In this document: positions 1-12,700 of the stretch, piece by piece
Layout: each line of letters begins with the position of its first letter
How positions within the stretch are numbered: position 1 is the first letter of the stretch
Assembly (NCBI RefSeq): GCF_036321535.1
Contig: NC_087438.1
Coordinates: 10,108,001 to 10,172,000 of the forward strand
Direction of reading: 5' to 3'
Source: Camelus dromedarius
Lineage: Eukaryota
Length of the DNA: 64,000 nt
Translations under genes and position numbers: made by a program
Notes under the pieces: generated by a model
Database searches by the model: none
What the model saw: only the letters and a program-made list of their open reading frames with translations
What the model was told of the DNA's origin: nothing

Positions 1-2359
1 GTGTGATATTGGGAGGGTATTCAAACCGTAGCAAATCAGGAAGGGAAGAAACTGCGGTGGGATTTGCGAGGTGGTTCCTCACAGTTATCAGAGAATAGAT
101 ACCCTTGAAGAATGGTGATAATTTCAGGCAAGATCCTTGGAAAAGTTTCTAGGATAACTCCGTGTTATGTTTGTAAAATTGAAAAGTCTGAGTAGCTCTG
201 AAAGCTGGCTGTGTTCGCAGGTGTCAGCATCCACAGCACCACACCCAAGCACATCATCCTGAAGTCAGTGAAATGCTTTATCGCCGATTTCATGGACCTT
301 ACCATCCCTGAAGAGTGCATGCGCATGTGTTGAATCCACCAGCCAGTTTTCTGTGCTATTAACAGCCTCATGCAAGAGATGCCTTTTAAGTTTACCTTGA
401 AGTCCCCAAATGGGGATGTCCCACATAGGTGAACTGAGGAGAGACTCTCCACAAAGACTTGTACTTGATTTTCAAGAGGGTTGATTTCTAATCTGTTGTT
501 TCCCCGTGGTAGAATGACTTGCTTTTGTTGTCTAGCGCTGGAAAGTGCTTGTGTGTGCGTATCTGCTCCTGCTCCTGATTCGGAATGTGGCCCGTTAAGC
601 TAGGCTTTAGTTTGTTGGATTTATTTGGCCTGTTTGACCTGTTGGTGGGTGCCAGGGCTTAAGAGTTCATGCTAAAATTTGCAGTAGAAGTTTAAATTCA
701 TGTTCCTGTACTTACATCTTTTTCATTTTAATTAGTGCTCTATGTTTCAGCCTGATTTTTGGAATAACCTATGTTGAAATGCAAATTTATTGTTGGAAAT
801 GTCACCCAGAAACCCAGGTCTGTCTGGTGGCACTCTCCTGGGGCAGGCCATGCCTTTTGCCCCCAAGGTGGGAAGAGAGCCTTGAAGCCAGGAGGCCTTT
901 ACCAATTTCCCCCCTGGATCTGATAGCCAGTGCTCACAGCCACTAGGTGACCTCTGCAGCTGGGGTGTTAGGGCCACTATTACAGGTTTATATTTTTGAC
1001 TCCTATGGTTGAATTTTTCCTTTTTAATTAGGTTATTTGAGGTGAGTGCATGGATTAAGTTCCTTGTTCTTTGTGTAAGACAGAATTAAAGGGAAATTAA
1101 AGACACCTGAGTCTGCTTTTTTCATCACCTCTGTTATGTTCACACTGGGTATTAAGGCCGCCTTATTCCATTCTTCTTTCTTTTGCAAATGGAAAGGTCC
1201 TCATTTTGTTTTTACATCATGTTCTTCCTCACGAGGTTTTGACAGTACAAGAGTTGTGTTTTTAAGAAGGTGTTCCCACGCTGCCATTTCCTTTTCTTTT
1301 GCAGGATGGTGTCATTTCTGTTGATCACTAATTGGTATGTCTGAATCTCTCTCCTTTGATTCCAGTTATTATTTATAGTGACTTTAAAATGACAGATTTT
1401 GTTTCAAAGGTGAAAAATTTGAATTACTGCTGTAACTTTACCACTGAGTCCCAGGAAATAGCTTGCCCTCTTTCATAAATAGGCTTCTCTTGTGGATAAT
1501 GATATATCAAGTCTATGATGATCTTTGTTTTGTTCAACTGGAGTTCTTGAGTTATCGTCATAAAATGCATGTCAGGGAAATGCTGTGTAACTTGTTTGCG
1601 TTTATTTTGTGCAGTGGTGGTAATAAAATTGTTTTCTAAACTTAATTATGGTTTCTCATATTGGATTCGTAGTGATGAGTTCCTAAAAAAAGAATTACCC
1701 ACTAGTAGATTGATACTTCCTTTTGGGAAATGAAAAGTGATAAGTACTTAATGGCGTTTTAGGATTAGCTTGAAAATATCTGTAAGTTGATAGTACTTGG
1801 ATCGTCAAGTGTTGTCACCAGCTGTAGAGTGATTTGGTAATTAGACAAAGTATTTTTGAAGGGGTTTATTATTAAAAGCAAATGGTAGCCAGTTTTGATA
1901 GGTGAAAAATTATTTGAGAAAAACAGGATTCCAGGTGATTAAATGGAGAGCAGATGAAGTCGGGGAGAAGAGGACGTGGAGGAGGATGGGCAACCAGGCC
2001 GCGTGTTGGGGTCTTAAAGAAATGCCTTATAGATGCATTTATACTCTTGGTATTTTCTGTATTTTACTCAAACCAGAGATTCTGGTTGTTGTAACGTGTT
2101 TTAGATTTTTTTTTTAAGTTTCATATTAAACATATAAAAGTTCTTTGTGATAGCTTTGTGATGTAGATACTAGTTAGCTTCTTCCTTTTTAATTGAAAAA
2201 ACACATTCAGTGGAGAGAGTGTAGTAATTTGTATCTACTAGAGTTAGAAAGTTTTGGTTTTATTTAAGAATTTGATACACATGCTTTGGTAGCCTTTAGC
2301 TAGTCACTGAACCCTTTGCCATTCACTGTTACCATTATTTAAGACAGCCTTTAATGCTC

Positions 2360-2410
2360 GCTTATTCGTTTATGCAGCATTTATTGAACACCTACTATGT
2401 GCTATGCAGT
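2360..2410 (-). mobile_element. L2/MIR 3'-end fragment
   Basis: ttattcgtttatgcagcatttattgaacacctactatgtgc resembles the antisense L2 tail motif CATTTATTGAGCACCTACTATGTGC. Confidence 0.6.
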
Positions 2411-4334
2411 CAGTAAAAGTAAAACTTGTTTTGGAGTTGATTTGAAAGTCTTGAAAGAGAATATTATCTACATAGAAATGTGTTTAATTACTTTTCAACC
2501 ATTTGCATTAAAATATTAAAATTTAAGTACTCATTTTAACTTGATCTATAATTTCAGCATTTGATAAAATGAAGATAGAATATTAGTGGTTTGTAATAAT
2601 GAGAAATTAATTGGAACGTGACACTATTTCAGCATTCCAACTATTAAATTATATCTAGCCTTGCCATAAAACCAAATATCATGCAGATATTTGGGAGAAG
2701 GATTGGAAATCATTACAGTCCTAGAGTTACAAAGATACACAGAATGTCCAGCAGACCCAACCAGGCCTGATTTGCCCAGGAAAATAAGTAAATCAGACAT
2801 CTGGTTTGTGCTTCAGTTTGTACGACCACAGAGAAAGAACTGATTTATGTTCAGCAAAAAACATACACACAGAAAATTATTTATACTGTTGTAAAAGAAA
2901 CAAAACATTTTAGCTTGCCAAAAATATAGTGCTGTTATAGGAAAAACCTGTTGCTAAGTCTCTCATTGGTCGCTGTAGGTAATCATCCTTTTGACTAAAA
3001 CTACAGGAATGCCAATCCAGATTTTTCAGCATTTGAAGAACTCTAAAATTGCACCATTTAAGGTAATGCTGGCTGGCTAAACTTTGCAACGTTTGATTGT
3101 AGACCATAAGCTGCACAGCCCGAGGTCAGAATTAGGCAATCTACATTATTTGGGATAATGGAGGACAAAGGCAGGGCTCAGCCAATGGCTGTTCTTCTGT
3201 CTCATCACTTGGCCGAGTGCAGATGGAAATCACCCACAGAGATACAGAGAGGCTGCTGCGGAATAATTGTTCAGTAGACCATGTGTGTCTCTGAAACCCG
3301 ACTAGGTTTAAGCACTAGTTCTTCTCTGTTCCTGAATGTTTCTCAGTCTGAAACGTCTTCTCTGGTCATAAGCTTAGAAAACAAGAAAGAAATTGGCTCA
3401 TTGCTAATTAAAAGCAAAAACGCTGGCATCAAAGCACAGAGGGTTTGTGTTGTTTTTGTTTTGTTTCCCACATATAAAGGAGAAGGGTCTGTCTCCGTGA
3501 CTCTTGCCCTCAGCAGTGGTCAGCATACATCTAGAGCCACTTGCCGGCTGTATGTGTTGGCTGTCCTCTGAAAAGGCAGCACGATGCCACCGAAAAACCC
3601 AGCAGTGAACACAAGTAGGTTTAGGTAAGGCTTCTGCAGGAGAGTGAAACAAAGGAGTGTGTCTGCTGACACTTCGGCATCACTGGGGTATAGATTCTTC
3701 GTGTACTTTTGGGAAAGATCCACTTTACAGTGCTGCTGGCTTATTGAGAAGTTAGCTCTGGTCACCATCCATCCATTTTGGCTTAATGCTCAGTGGCTGT
3801 GGTTTTTAGTAGTTTGCACGCAAGGAGTTAGTTACATGCACAGTTTGGCATATACTTTCTGGACCTGACTTAGTTAAGAGTCTTGGCTGCTGGGGCACCA
3901 GAGGGGATTTATCTTAAGTGTACAGAGCCCTTCAGTCCGCCTAGGGAAGGGGAGGGAGGAGGTGTGGCCTTGCCTCCCTGGGAGGATCTGTGGGGAGTGG
4001 GAGCTGGTTCACTCGGAAATAGCCACTGTTTTGCCTGTTTCCTGTTTCTCCCTCGGGTCTACATTCTGTCTGTCTACCCAGCCAACTCTACTTTACCTTC
4101 ATAGTTTAAGGAGAGATTGACTAGCAGCTCTGAGAAGCTGGTCAGCTACAGTCAGGGGTGTACACGGCACACTTACACCCTTGCCCAAGAAAGATTCTGC
4201 TGTGGAGTTTATGGTCCCCTGGTTAAGAACATGTTTTTGGTGATTTTTTAAGATGTTCCCTCCAAAGGTAGAATTCAGCAAGCCAAGTAGGGAATACAGT
4301 GTTTAGAGTAAGAGATTTTGGTCTGTCTGGAGTG

Positions 4335-4740
4335 AAGACCCATGAACTTGGTTGGGAAAGAAATTAATTACATCTTTATTTTCACAGCTGTCCAGTTAAA
4401 CACAGTATCTTTCACTTGTGAATGTGATGCAGCTGCTCTGGCAGCACCTGTGACTTGTCACCAGTGGACATCGCAGATATTTTCAGATTCCATTCTGTGT
4501 GGTTACTGCAGATCTCTCAGAATTTCAGTAATGCTCATCACTGCTTCAGAATCAGTGACTACTAGACTGACAGCTAGATCTTGTTATTTAGTGTGCAATA
4601 AAGAAGCACATAATACTTTAAAATCTTTAGATAACTTTAAAAAATATAATTAGCTTTCTGTGTAACTTTCTGTGTTTTATTTTACATATTTGAAAACAGT
4701 ATTCTGAGAAGAGGTCCATTAATATTTGCCAGGCTGCTAC
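4335..4740. mobile_element. hAT-Charlie non-autonomous DNA transposon fragment
   Basis: Motifs catgaacttggttgggaaa..tacatctttattttcac, gctagatcttgttatttagtgtgcaataaagaagcaca and attctgagaagaggtccat resemble a recalled Charlie-type consensus; subfamily not assigned. Confidence 0.6.
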
Positions 4741-6316
4741 TAGTTAGAACTATACTACTCCCAAAACATTGCCAGCTGGAATTGAGAGCACAGTTTTCTT
4801 TTATGACTGTCAGGATTCAAATGTTTTCAACAAGTTTTCCAGTTACCTTCCAATTTTCTCCACTTTTTGTTTAGAACTCATTCTCTTCCACAGTTTTTCC
4901 TTTTTAATCTTTGAAGGTCTAGTAATGGATTCCATTTCTAGTTTTTCCTTTGCATAAATTGTATATTCTTTGGAGCTGAAGATTCTACATTATTCTAGCA
5001 TTAAAATTTAGAGCTATACCAGGATAAAACTAGATTTGGGAGCATAACCTCAAGGTGTGGAAGGAAGATATGTTTTATAAGCCAGTGTTTCTCAAGATTA
5101 GGTTTGATAAGGCTCAGTTCACTTAAATCTACCTGGGCATTTTCAATAACACTAATTTGATCACATTGACAGTTACACAAATATTTTGGGAACCTCCCCC
5201 CATATTTTGTGTAATGTAACATTAGTCCATTTAGTATGGGCTCAGCATAATTTATGAGAGTCATGAAAATATATAGGACACTTAGATGCTGGGCTAGGGG
5301 AGACAAAGCTTGTGAAAGAAAAGTTCGCAAAATACTACGTTACAGTAAAAGTGTCCCTGCATCAGAAACACTGATTTGCGACAATTCTGGGGGGAGGCTA
5401 ATGCATTTTGGGATAACGACAATCAAGCATAGTTTTTTTTAAAAAATATATTTTATGCTAGTCCTTTATAAAAACAGGTCTTAAAAATTCCTGTTTATGC
5501 TTTCAGAGATGATTTTAAAATTTAGATACATTTAATCTTTCAAATCTTTCACTTTTACTGAATGCCAAGTGAATGGAGATAGCCAAAACATTTAATTCTT
5601 CTTTAAATCGTAGTCACTTGAGAGTTTGGTCTTAAGTCCTGTCTTTATAAGGCTGTTGAACATTTTATGCACTTATTTACAAGGTTGAGAGTGGATTTAT
5701 TCATTTCATAAATGCAGTGGTCTTCTGAAACACTTGGCCATTAAATTTAGTTTTCACAAGAGTATTTTTAGCTTAGCAGGAACAGCCCATTTCCAAGACT
5801 CTGTTTCTGTGTACTACTTTCCCTACCATAGGTTCCTCTGTGGACTCTGCCCTGAGGTTTGAGAGAGGAAGGTGCTTACAGTTTGACAGCAGTGAGCCAC
5901 AAGAATGCCCCAGGGGGCAGGTGATTTATTCTGAAATCCATTTGAGTGTTGAAAACAAATTAATATTCCTGTATTTAAAACGTTTGTAAATAAATTGCCA
6001 CGTTTACATTTTGTTTTCAGTGGTTTATATTTCACAAGTTTAAAGTTTTCAAAGTTTAAAGTCCCATTGTATTTTTTCATATAATAGCTGGAATATGAGT
6101 ATTTACAAATATTAGGGAAAATTTCAAACACAGAGATCTTTTTCCTGCCAGGTGTTTCTGGCACTTGTTGAATTTCATGTTAAGTCTTGGTGTCTGGCTG
6201 CTCTGAAATGTGGGGCACTAGCAGAGCATCCAGTGGCTCTGGATTCTGACCTTTTAAAGCATGCTGTCTCTGGTTTATTAGCAAATAGGGAATTACAAAA
6301 TAAAAATAGAAAAGAA

Positions 6317-6487
6317 GGGGGAAGGGTATAGCCCAAGAGGGTGGGGGAGGATATAGCTCAAACGGTAGAGCGCATGCTTAGCATACACAAGGTCCTGGGT
6401 TCAGTCCCCAGTACCGCTCTAGAAATAAATAAGTAAGCCTAATTCTTCCCCCCCTGGAAAATAAAAAGAAATAAAAAATAAAAGAAA
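6317..6487 (+). mobile_element. tRNA-Ala-derived SINE (camelid Vic-1-like) with duplicated 5' head
   Basis: gggggaggatatagctcaaacggtagagcgcatgcttagcatacacaaggtcctgggttcagtccccagtacc (A and B boxes, AGC anticodon), then aaataaataagtaagcctaattcttcccccc and an A-rich tail. Confidence 0.9.
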
Positions 6488-7337
6488 CCTGACAGAGGGA
6501 GACGGAGAGAAAAAGAGAGAAAGGAAGAGGATAGATAACGCTGGACCAGGTGGCTTCCCTCCCTCGGCTAGGACCCAGGGCCCCCTGGGAGAGGACGAAC
6601 TGCTCCTGTCTGCTGCTGTCAGGCGCCTCAGAGTTCTACGTGAAGGAGGCTCCTTTGCATCTGTATGTGAATGTAAGACCTTCCCTGGCACGTCCACAGG
6701 CCCACTGCTGCAGGTTAAATGAAAGCAAAATCAGCCCTGGCTGTACCACGACTTGGCTCGGTTTCTACCTCACTGCAAGGGTTTTATCAGTGTTGTCTAC
6801 TTTTTCTGTTTCATTTATCTGTTTATCATAGATTACATTAATATTGTTTATTGTGTATGTGCCTTGTGTTTATTTTTATTTTTCACAAATATTCCTACTC
6901 CATGATTTTCCTAGCTCATGAAGTAATTCTTCATTTCCCCACTTCTTTTAACCATTCTTCCCTAAAACTGTCTCCTTCAGGGCAGAGATTTCATTTGGCC
7001 CTCATTGCCCTGTATTTGCCGAGCTGGAGCAGCCAAGCTGTAGGTGTGGTGTGAGGACCACACAGCAAAGGCTTTCTTCTTGGCACCAGAGATGAAAGGA
7101 GGGGTCACTGTAGGTGATGGTTGTCTGCACAGGAATGCCTCCACTTAGAAGGGCAGAGAAAAGGGTCAGTGTCCAAGTTGGCTGAGGTACTTAATGCCAA
7201 GATTCAACTTAGAAGCCCCAGGTTATCACCTTGTGCTCTGTGTCGTGGTTAAAAAGCCTGGTCCCTTCTTGATGTTTAAAAGGTGACCAGTGTTGCTGTC
7301 AAATGTGATGCTTCCTTAACTTGACATCCTTAATTGA

Positions 7338-7471
7338 TAGGCTGACCATGTAATTTATGATCCAAACAGAGATGCTTTTGAGAGTGAAAGAGGGTGTTAC
7401 CGATCTTTATTCTGGAACAATAGGTGCAAACTGGGACTGTCCCTGTCGAACCAGGATGTACAGTCACTCGA
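7338..7471 (+). mobile_element. MER94-like hAT-Blackjack MITE
   Basis: Ends taggctgaccat / cagtcactcga; internal cttttgagagtgaaagagggtg and aaactgggactgtccc; degenerate 8-bp flanks ttaattga / tttactga. Confidence 0.8.
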
Positions 7472-9679
7472 TTTACTGACCACAGAAGATGAGAGTCATG
7501 TTAAGATACTCATGACTCCCAATGATGAGTGTTTTGTGACTTCTCCCCAACTTGTATACAATAATGTGTGATTCAGTATTGGACACATAAAGGCATTGAC
7601 AACTGGTCGAGAAGAGGAGTCAGAAGAGATGGTGCTGACTCAGAGCCCCTGTCAATAGCGGTCTGTTTAAAAACAGACCTAAAGTACATTCAGAGACCAC
7701 CCCCCGCCCCCAGCTTCTCGAGTGGCTGAATCACCCGTTTCATGTGTAAGCTGAGTGGGCTGAGAGCCGTGAATCAGGATTTGTCAACACTCAGGACCTG
7801 GCGTGCGGCCTCCTCGTCTTCACAAGAACTCAGAAGGGGGTCTTTGTGCTTCAACCCCCCTCTCCAATCACAGAAGAAGGGTGGTGAAAAAGCCTTTTTA
7901 ACTTCGTCCTGTTCTGAGTGAGTGAGGAGTGACTTTGGTCAGAGAGCCTCTTCCAGCCCTGGCCGGCATCTGCCTGATCCCCTGGTGTGAGTCTGGTGTC
8001 CCAGAACGCGGGGAACATCGTCTCCAGCACTGGAACCCTTGGCAGCTTCTTTGTTAGAGGAATTGTTCTGTATTTGTTCTTAATTGTTCGGTAATGCTAG
8101 GTTAAAGGCATGTTTAAATGCGATTTTAAAACCACCTTAAAATAAAAATGTGTTCTTTTTCACTTTTTCTGCCCTCAAAATTCTTCAAAAGTATAAATAT
8201 TTAAATAAACAAATTGTCTATTAAAACATGTGTTTTTCTTACAATCTGGAATTTTCTACATATTATGTGTATATATATATCTTTTAAATTTACCTGGTTT
8301 TGGAAGGCATATTGGGTAAAGTACCAGTGAACTGTAACACAGACATAGTCAGGTCTGTGTATTATATTCCCTAGTTTTCTGGTGCAACCTCCTGAAATAA
8401 CCTAGATAAAAAGCTGGTTACATGCTGATATTTTCAGTCTTTGTGGCCTGAATTTCCAGGCTGATCATTACATACTGCCTGGAGCTTCTTATTCTCATTG
8501 GATTAAAAAAGATTACTTTGAAGCGAATGGGGCAAAAGAGGCTAACTGATTTTACCACTCTTTTTCTTTAACTGTGCTGAGAGTATTGAGTTAAACGGCA
8601 GCTGTCAGTATTCTTACCTAAATAAGGCTCGCTTGCTTTAGAAAAAAAATAACCTAAATTGGACTTCGGTTAAGAGTCTCATTTTTAGCTTTAAAGAAAA
8701 AAAAAATCACAGAAGTAGGACATGTGTTGGAACTGTCTCATCTTTGCATATGAGAATACAGGTAGATCGTTTTAATTTGCTTTTGGAGTTTATTATTTGA
8801 GTTGACTTATTTTTCTACACATGATAAAATATTTAGCTTTGTCCAGTGAAATCCTTCAGAAAAGAACTAAGGTATAAGATCATGCAAGAAAGTGGCATTT
8901 ATACACACTTTTAGAATTTTTTTGGGTTCCATTGTATGGATCATTAAAAAAATAACCGACAATGGAATATTAAACTGCATTTTTGTGGTTTGATTCTTCT
9001 ATTAGCACTATGTCTCAGTCTCTTTTCTTGTTTTAACTAAAGTTACAGCCTCTTTCTAAGTAATGAAAAAAGATATCTTATTTGAGGAGTATAGAATAAA
9101 TGTGGATGTTTTCTGGAGACACCATATTGTTCTTAGATGCCTCAAAATGTGTTAGAAAACACTGAAAGGGGAAAACTCTTCCCAGACATTGATTAGGTCA
9201 CAATTCTGTTAGTGCCTCTCCAAAGGTTGGGGCATCTGTTGAAACTGAAGTTGGAGCCCCACTCAGTGCCTTACGGACCCTGCGAAGCACAGATGAGCTG
9301 GTTACTGGCCCCGTCTGCTGTTGTTGGCTGCCCACTCATCCTGGTGCTGGCTGTTACCCATCCGATCTGAGACCCTGATGGCCCTTGTGCCAGGTTGTAA
9401 ATGGCTGTGGGCAGGCCTGTGATTTGGTGTTTCTGGGCGGGATGTCTTTGAGGTGGAGCATGGAACACTCACATGGGATGTGTGTCCACAGTAGCCCCAG
9501 GGCAGCTGCGTTGCAGGAATCCCTTTTGGGGGGCCATTTCAGTGCACTCGGGGCTCTGGCTTCCTCTCGCTTTGCCTTACAGACCAAGGTCAGGGGTACT
9601 GAAAATAGACAGATGAGAGGATTTCAGCCAAGGTTAGGCTGAAACTTGAGTAGATAGCCAGAGAAGTACCTGGCACAGC

Positions 9680-9790
9680 GGAAAGAGCCAAAAATCCGGA
9701 GAGTTTTGTATTCTGGCTCTGCCACTTACGGCGTGGCAGCCCGGCGACTGCTGTTCCCTGAGCATGTGCTCTGTGTCGGGTAGGAAATCA
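9680..9790 (+). mobile_element. MIR fragment
   Basis: gaaagagc...ttctggctctgccacttac...ccctgagc core motifs. Confidence 0.55.
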
Positions 9791-12700
9791 GGGTCCGCTG
9801 CTGTGTTTTCCATCCCCAGGGAGCCCCTGCTGAGCTCTTCTGTTGAGTGTCTCATGGGCTCTTTCCGGAGTCCCTCTTCATGTTGACGCTCTTCTCTCTC
9901 CATGAACAGATGAGGCCCTGAGACACTAACCATCTTAATTTGGTGAAGGTAATGGGCTGGGACGCGTGGAAGTGTTGGGATCCAGACCTCGCTCTAACTC
10001 TGAGGCTTACTGTGTTCTTTGTCTGGCACCATGTTGTCTCTTTAAATTTTAGCATTTCTTCCAGTTAAGCTGTCTTTGTGGGTGGAGAGAGATGACCAGG
10101 GTATGTGGAACAAAGGTTACTTACCTGGAGGTCACAGCCCGGTGAAGGTGACACAGGACATTCCAAGTACAGGGCTGATTGGGGTGGAGGGGAGCAGTGG
10201 CTCAGCACTGGTGAATGGAAACAGGGGCCTCGGGCCCAGCATGGGGGACCCCTCCCTAAGCAGAGCCTGATCTAATGCACTGGACTTGGCCCTTCTGCAG
10301 CCCTTCTGCGCCTGGCAGGACAAGGCTGGTAGGGGGGCAGGGCACCCTGTAGGGACATGGTTCCCTTGTCAGTGACTTCATGGCCTCTCACCTGGCGCCG
10401 TGCTCACCAGAGGGGAACCAGGGTGAGCCTCCATCACATCACCTTTGGTCTTGATAGCATTCCCTGGATTGCCTGACAGAGATGCTTCAACCTTGGGACA
10501 CACTTATGTCTGATAGGAACTGTTGTCAGAGTGTGGGATGAATAGTTTTGAAAGCAGGGAGACAGTCTGTTTTAGAAGGGATTGGCTTATCGGTGCAATG
10601 AAGTTTCTTCCTACTTGCCTGTAGGTTTGGCTAACAGTCTCGTTTGTAATAATGGAAGTGTGTTCTATGCCCTAATTTTGCTAAGGTTTGAGTGCTCCCC
10701 AGTTGTGAATTTGGAGTTCTGATGATTTTTTAAGTCATTCCCTGATTTTCTAGAGAATTGATAAGGAAAATAGGACCAAGTACTGCTGAGAACCTCGGCA
10801 TTGCCGTTACCTCCCCCCAGAGCAGGGATGGCACAGACTGGCATATACGCTCTGCCCCCACCCGGGCGGCAAGGCATCGCCCCTCAGTGCACTTTGCCCC
10901 AAGCCAGGACCGTGCCCTGCTCCTCACACAGCCTGCAGACAGCCCTGAGTACCTCAGGATGGAGCCCAGATGGCCCCTGGGATCTGGGGATGTGGGCCGT
11001 CTTCCAGTAGGGTTCAGAGGACACTGCTCCTTCCACTTTCCTGTGGCTAACGCCTTATCGTGGCCAGGTTGGTTACTCCTCTCCTGGAACTTCCCTTACG
11101 TTTCCCTTGGCTGAGAGCTGTGACTCAGGCTCTGCGCAGCTGCAGCTCTGCGGTGCTGAGGTTGTGCCTGTGCAATGATTCTTGTGATTTGTCTTCTCTC
11201 TCGATCAACCGGATTGTGGTTTAAACAGGGCTGTTTTCCCTTCCTTTCTTCAATAGGAGGAGTCCAGTAAATACAAATAATAAAAAAATTGTGTCCTTAG
11301 AGACTTTGTTTTATTAAAAGGCTGTTAAATAGGCATCAGTTTACCAAAAAATGTAGTGTGCTTTTTCAGAAGAATTAATGCACCCCCTAAATGTTATTGG
11401 TTTAAACAAAGTTGTTACTTGGTAAAGATTTCTTTCTTTGACCAATCCCCTGACCCTCCCCCGTTAAAAAAAAAAAAAATCCTTGAAGAAACTCGAATTT
11501 AAAAAAGGGAAAAAACCAAATTCAACTCTGCTACTTAACCATCAGCCTCATTTCCCCCACCTCCCTAATAGGATTAGGTTTCAAACTTGGACTGAACCAA
11601 ACGTTGTGTCCCTTCTACTCCCCATCTTCCAAGGAAGGATGCACGGTGAGCTGCCCCCATTCCTGGCTACACTTTTCAGGATCCCCTGCGTTGGTGGCCT
11701 GGGGTTCTGTGGGATGCTGCCAGCTATTAGCCTTCGACAGACGGTGACTAAATTTGTTTTTCAAACGTATTACCCAAGGGATCATGGCTCGTGAGAGAAG
11801 ATGAATCCCACAGTTGAAAAATATGCACTCTCACTCCCGCTTTCCGTGTGCTCCCCGGTGCATTAATGAGGACTTCCCCTTGACCTTGACTTCACAGCTC
11901 CTGGGCCAGATGAGCAGGCTTCCCAGAGCCTACTGCCTGTGCACATCGCTGGTTCCGTGTCCACTGAAAATCCAACCCGTTGCTCACTGATTGCCTGGCT
12001 TGCAGACTTTATCCACGGGGATTTGGAAATGTTTTGGTTAGGAGAGGTTTGCTGCTCACCTTAGCAGCACCGATGTCTGGGGAGTTGAAGGAAATACTGC
12101 ACACTGTTCTCGTGTCCTCTGAGCAAAAAGACAACTGGCAGCTGCTGGAAACTCTGTGTCCCCTTCTCATGGCCTCTGTCCAGTCATCGGATCACAGGGC
12201 TTGGGTTCTGCAAGGTGCCTTTCACTGCCCTCTGAACCACTAAAGACACTAACAGTGTTGCTGTGGCTTTGAACTTGTGATTTTGTCATATTGAGAAGAT
12301 GGTAAAGCGTCCACGCGCTGGACTGTGTTTGCATTTGCTTAATATTAGCTGTCTGCTGTGGTGCAGGACGTCATTGGTTTGGAGGAGTCTTACTTCCCTT
12401 CCTAACTGTTCTGTGCTCATATGAGTAAGACATGGACTTTTAGAGGGAGGATTGCATGTTAGCATCTTTTACATGCTCCTGAAGTAAACTTCCATTATAA
12501 AACACTTGTTTCATCATGGTTCTTTTCAGTACATACTATATGTGGAAAGTTCTTGATGTTTCAGGAAAAAAAAATTCAAGTTAGGTTAGTGGGAGTGAGG
12601 GTGGACACTTTCTGGGTCCAGTTTTCATCCCGCGCTTTGACACCCTTCGAGCATCGCTGTGCTTCCCTTGTGGTTCCCGTGCTTTTCTGCAGCAGTTGGC

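Noticed and set aside
5000..5420. Possible CR1/L3 fragment
   Set aside because: Similarity too faint to support without an alignment
6343..6420. Functional tRNA-Ala(AGC) gene
   Set aside because: Anticodon and acceptor stems are mispaired, and a SINE spacer and A-rich tail follow; it is a SINE
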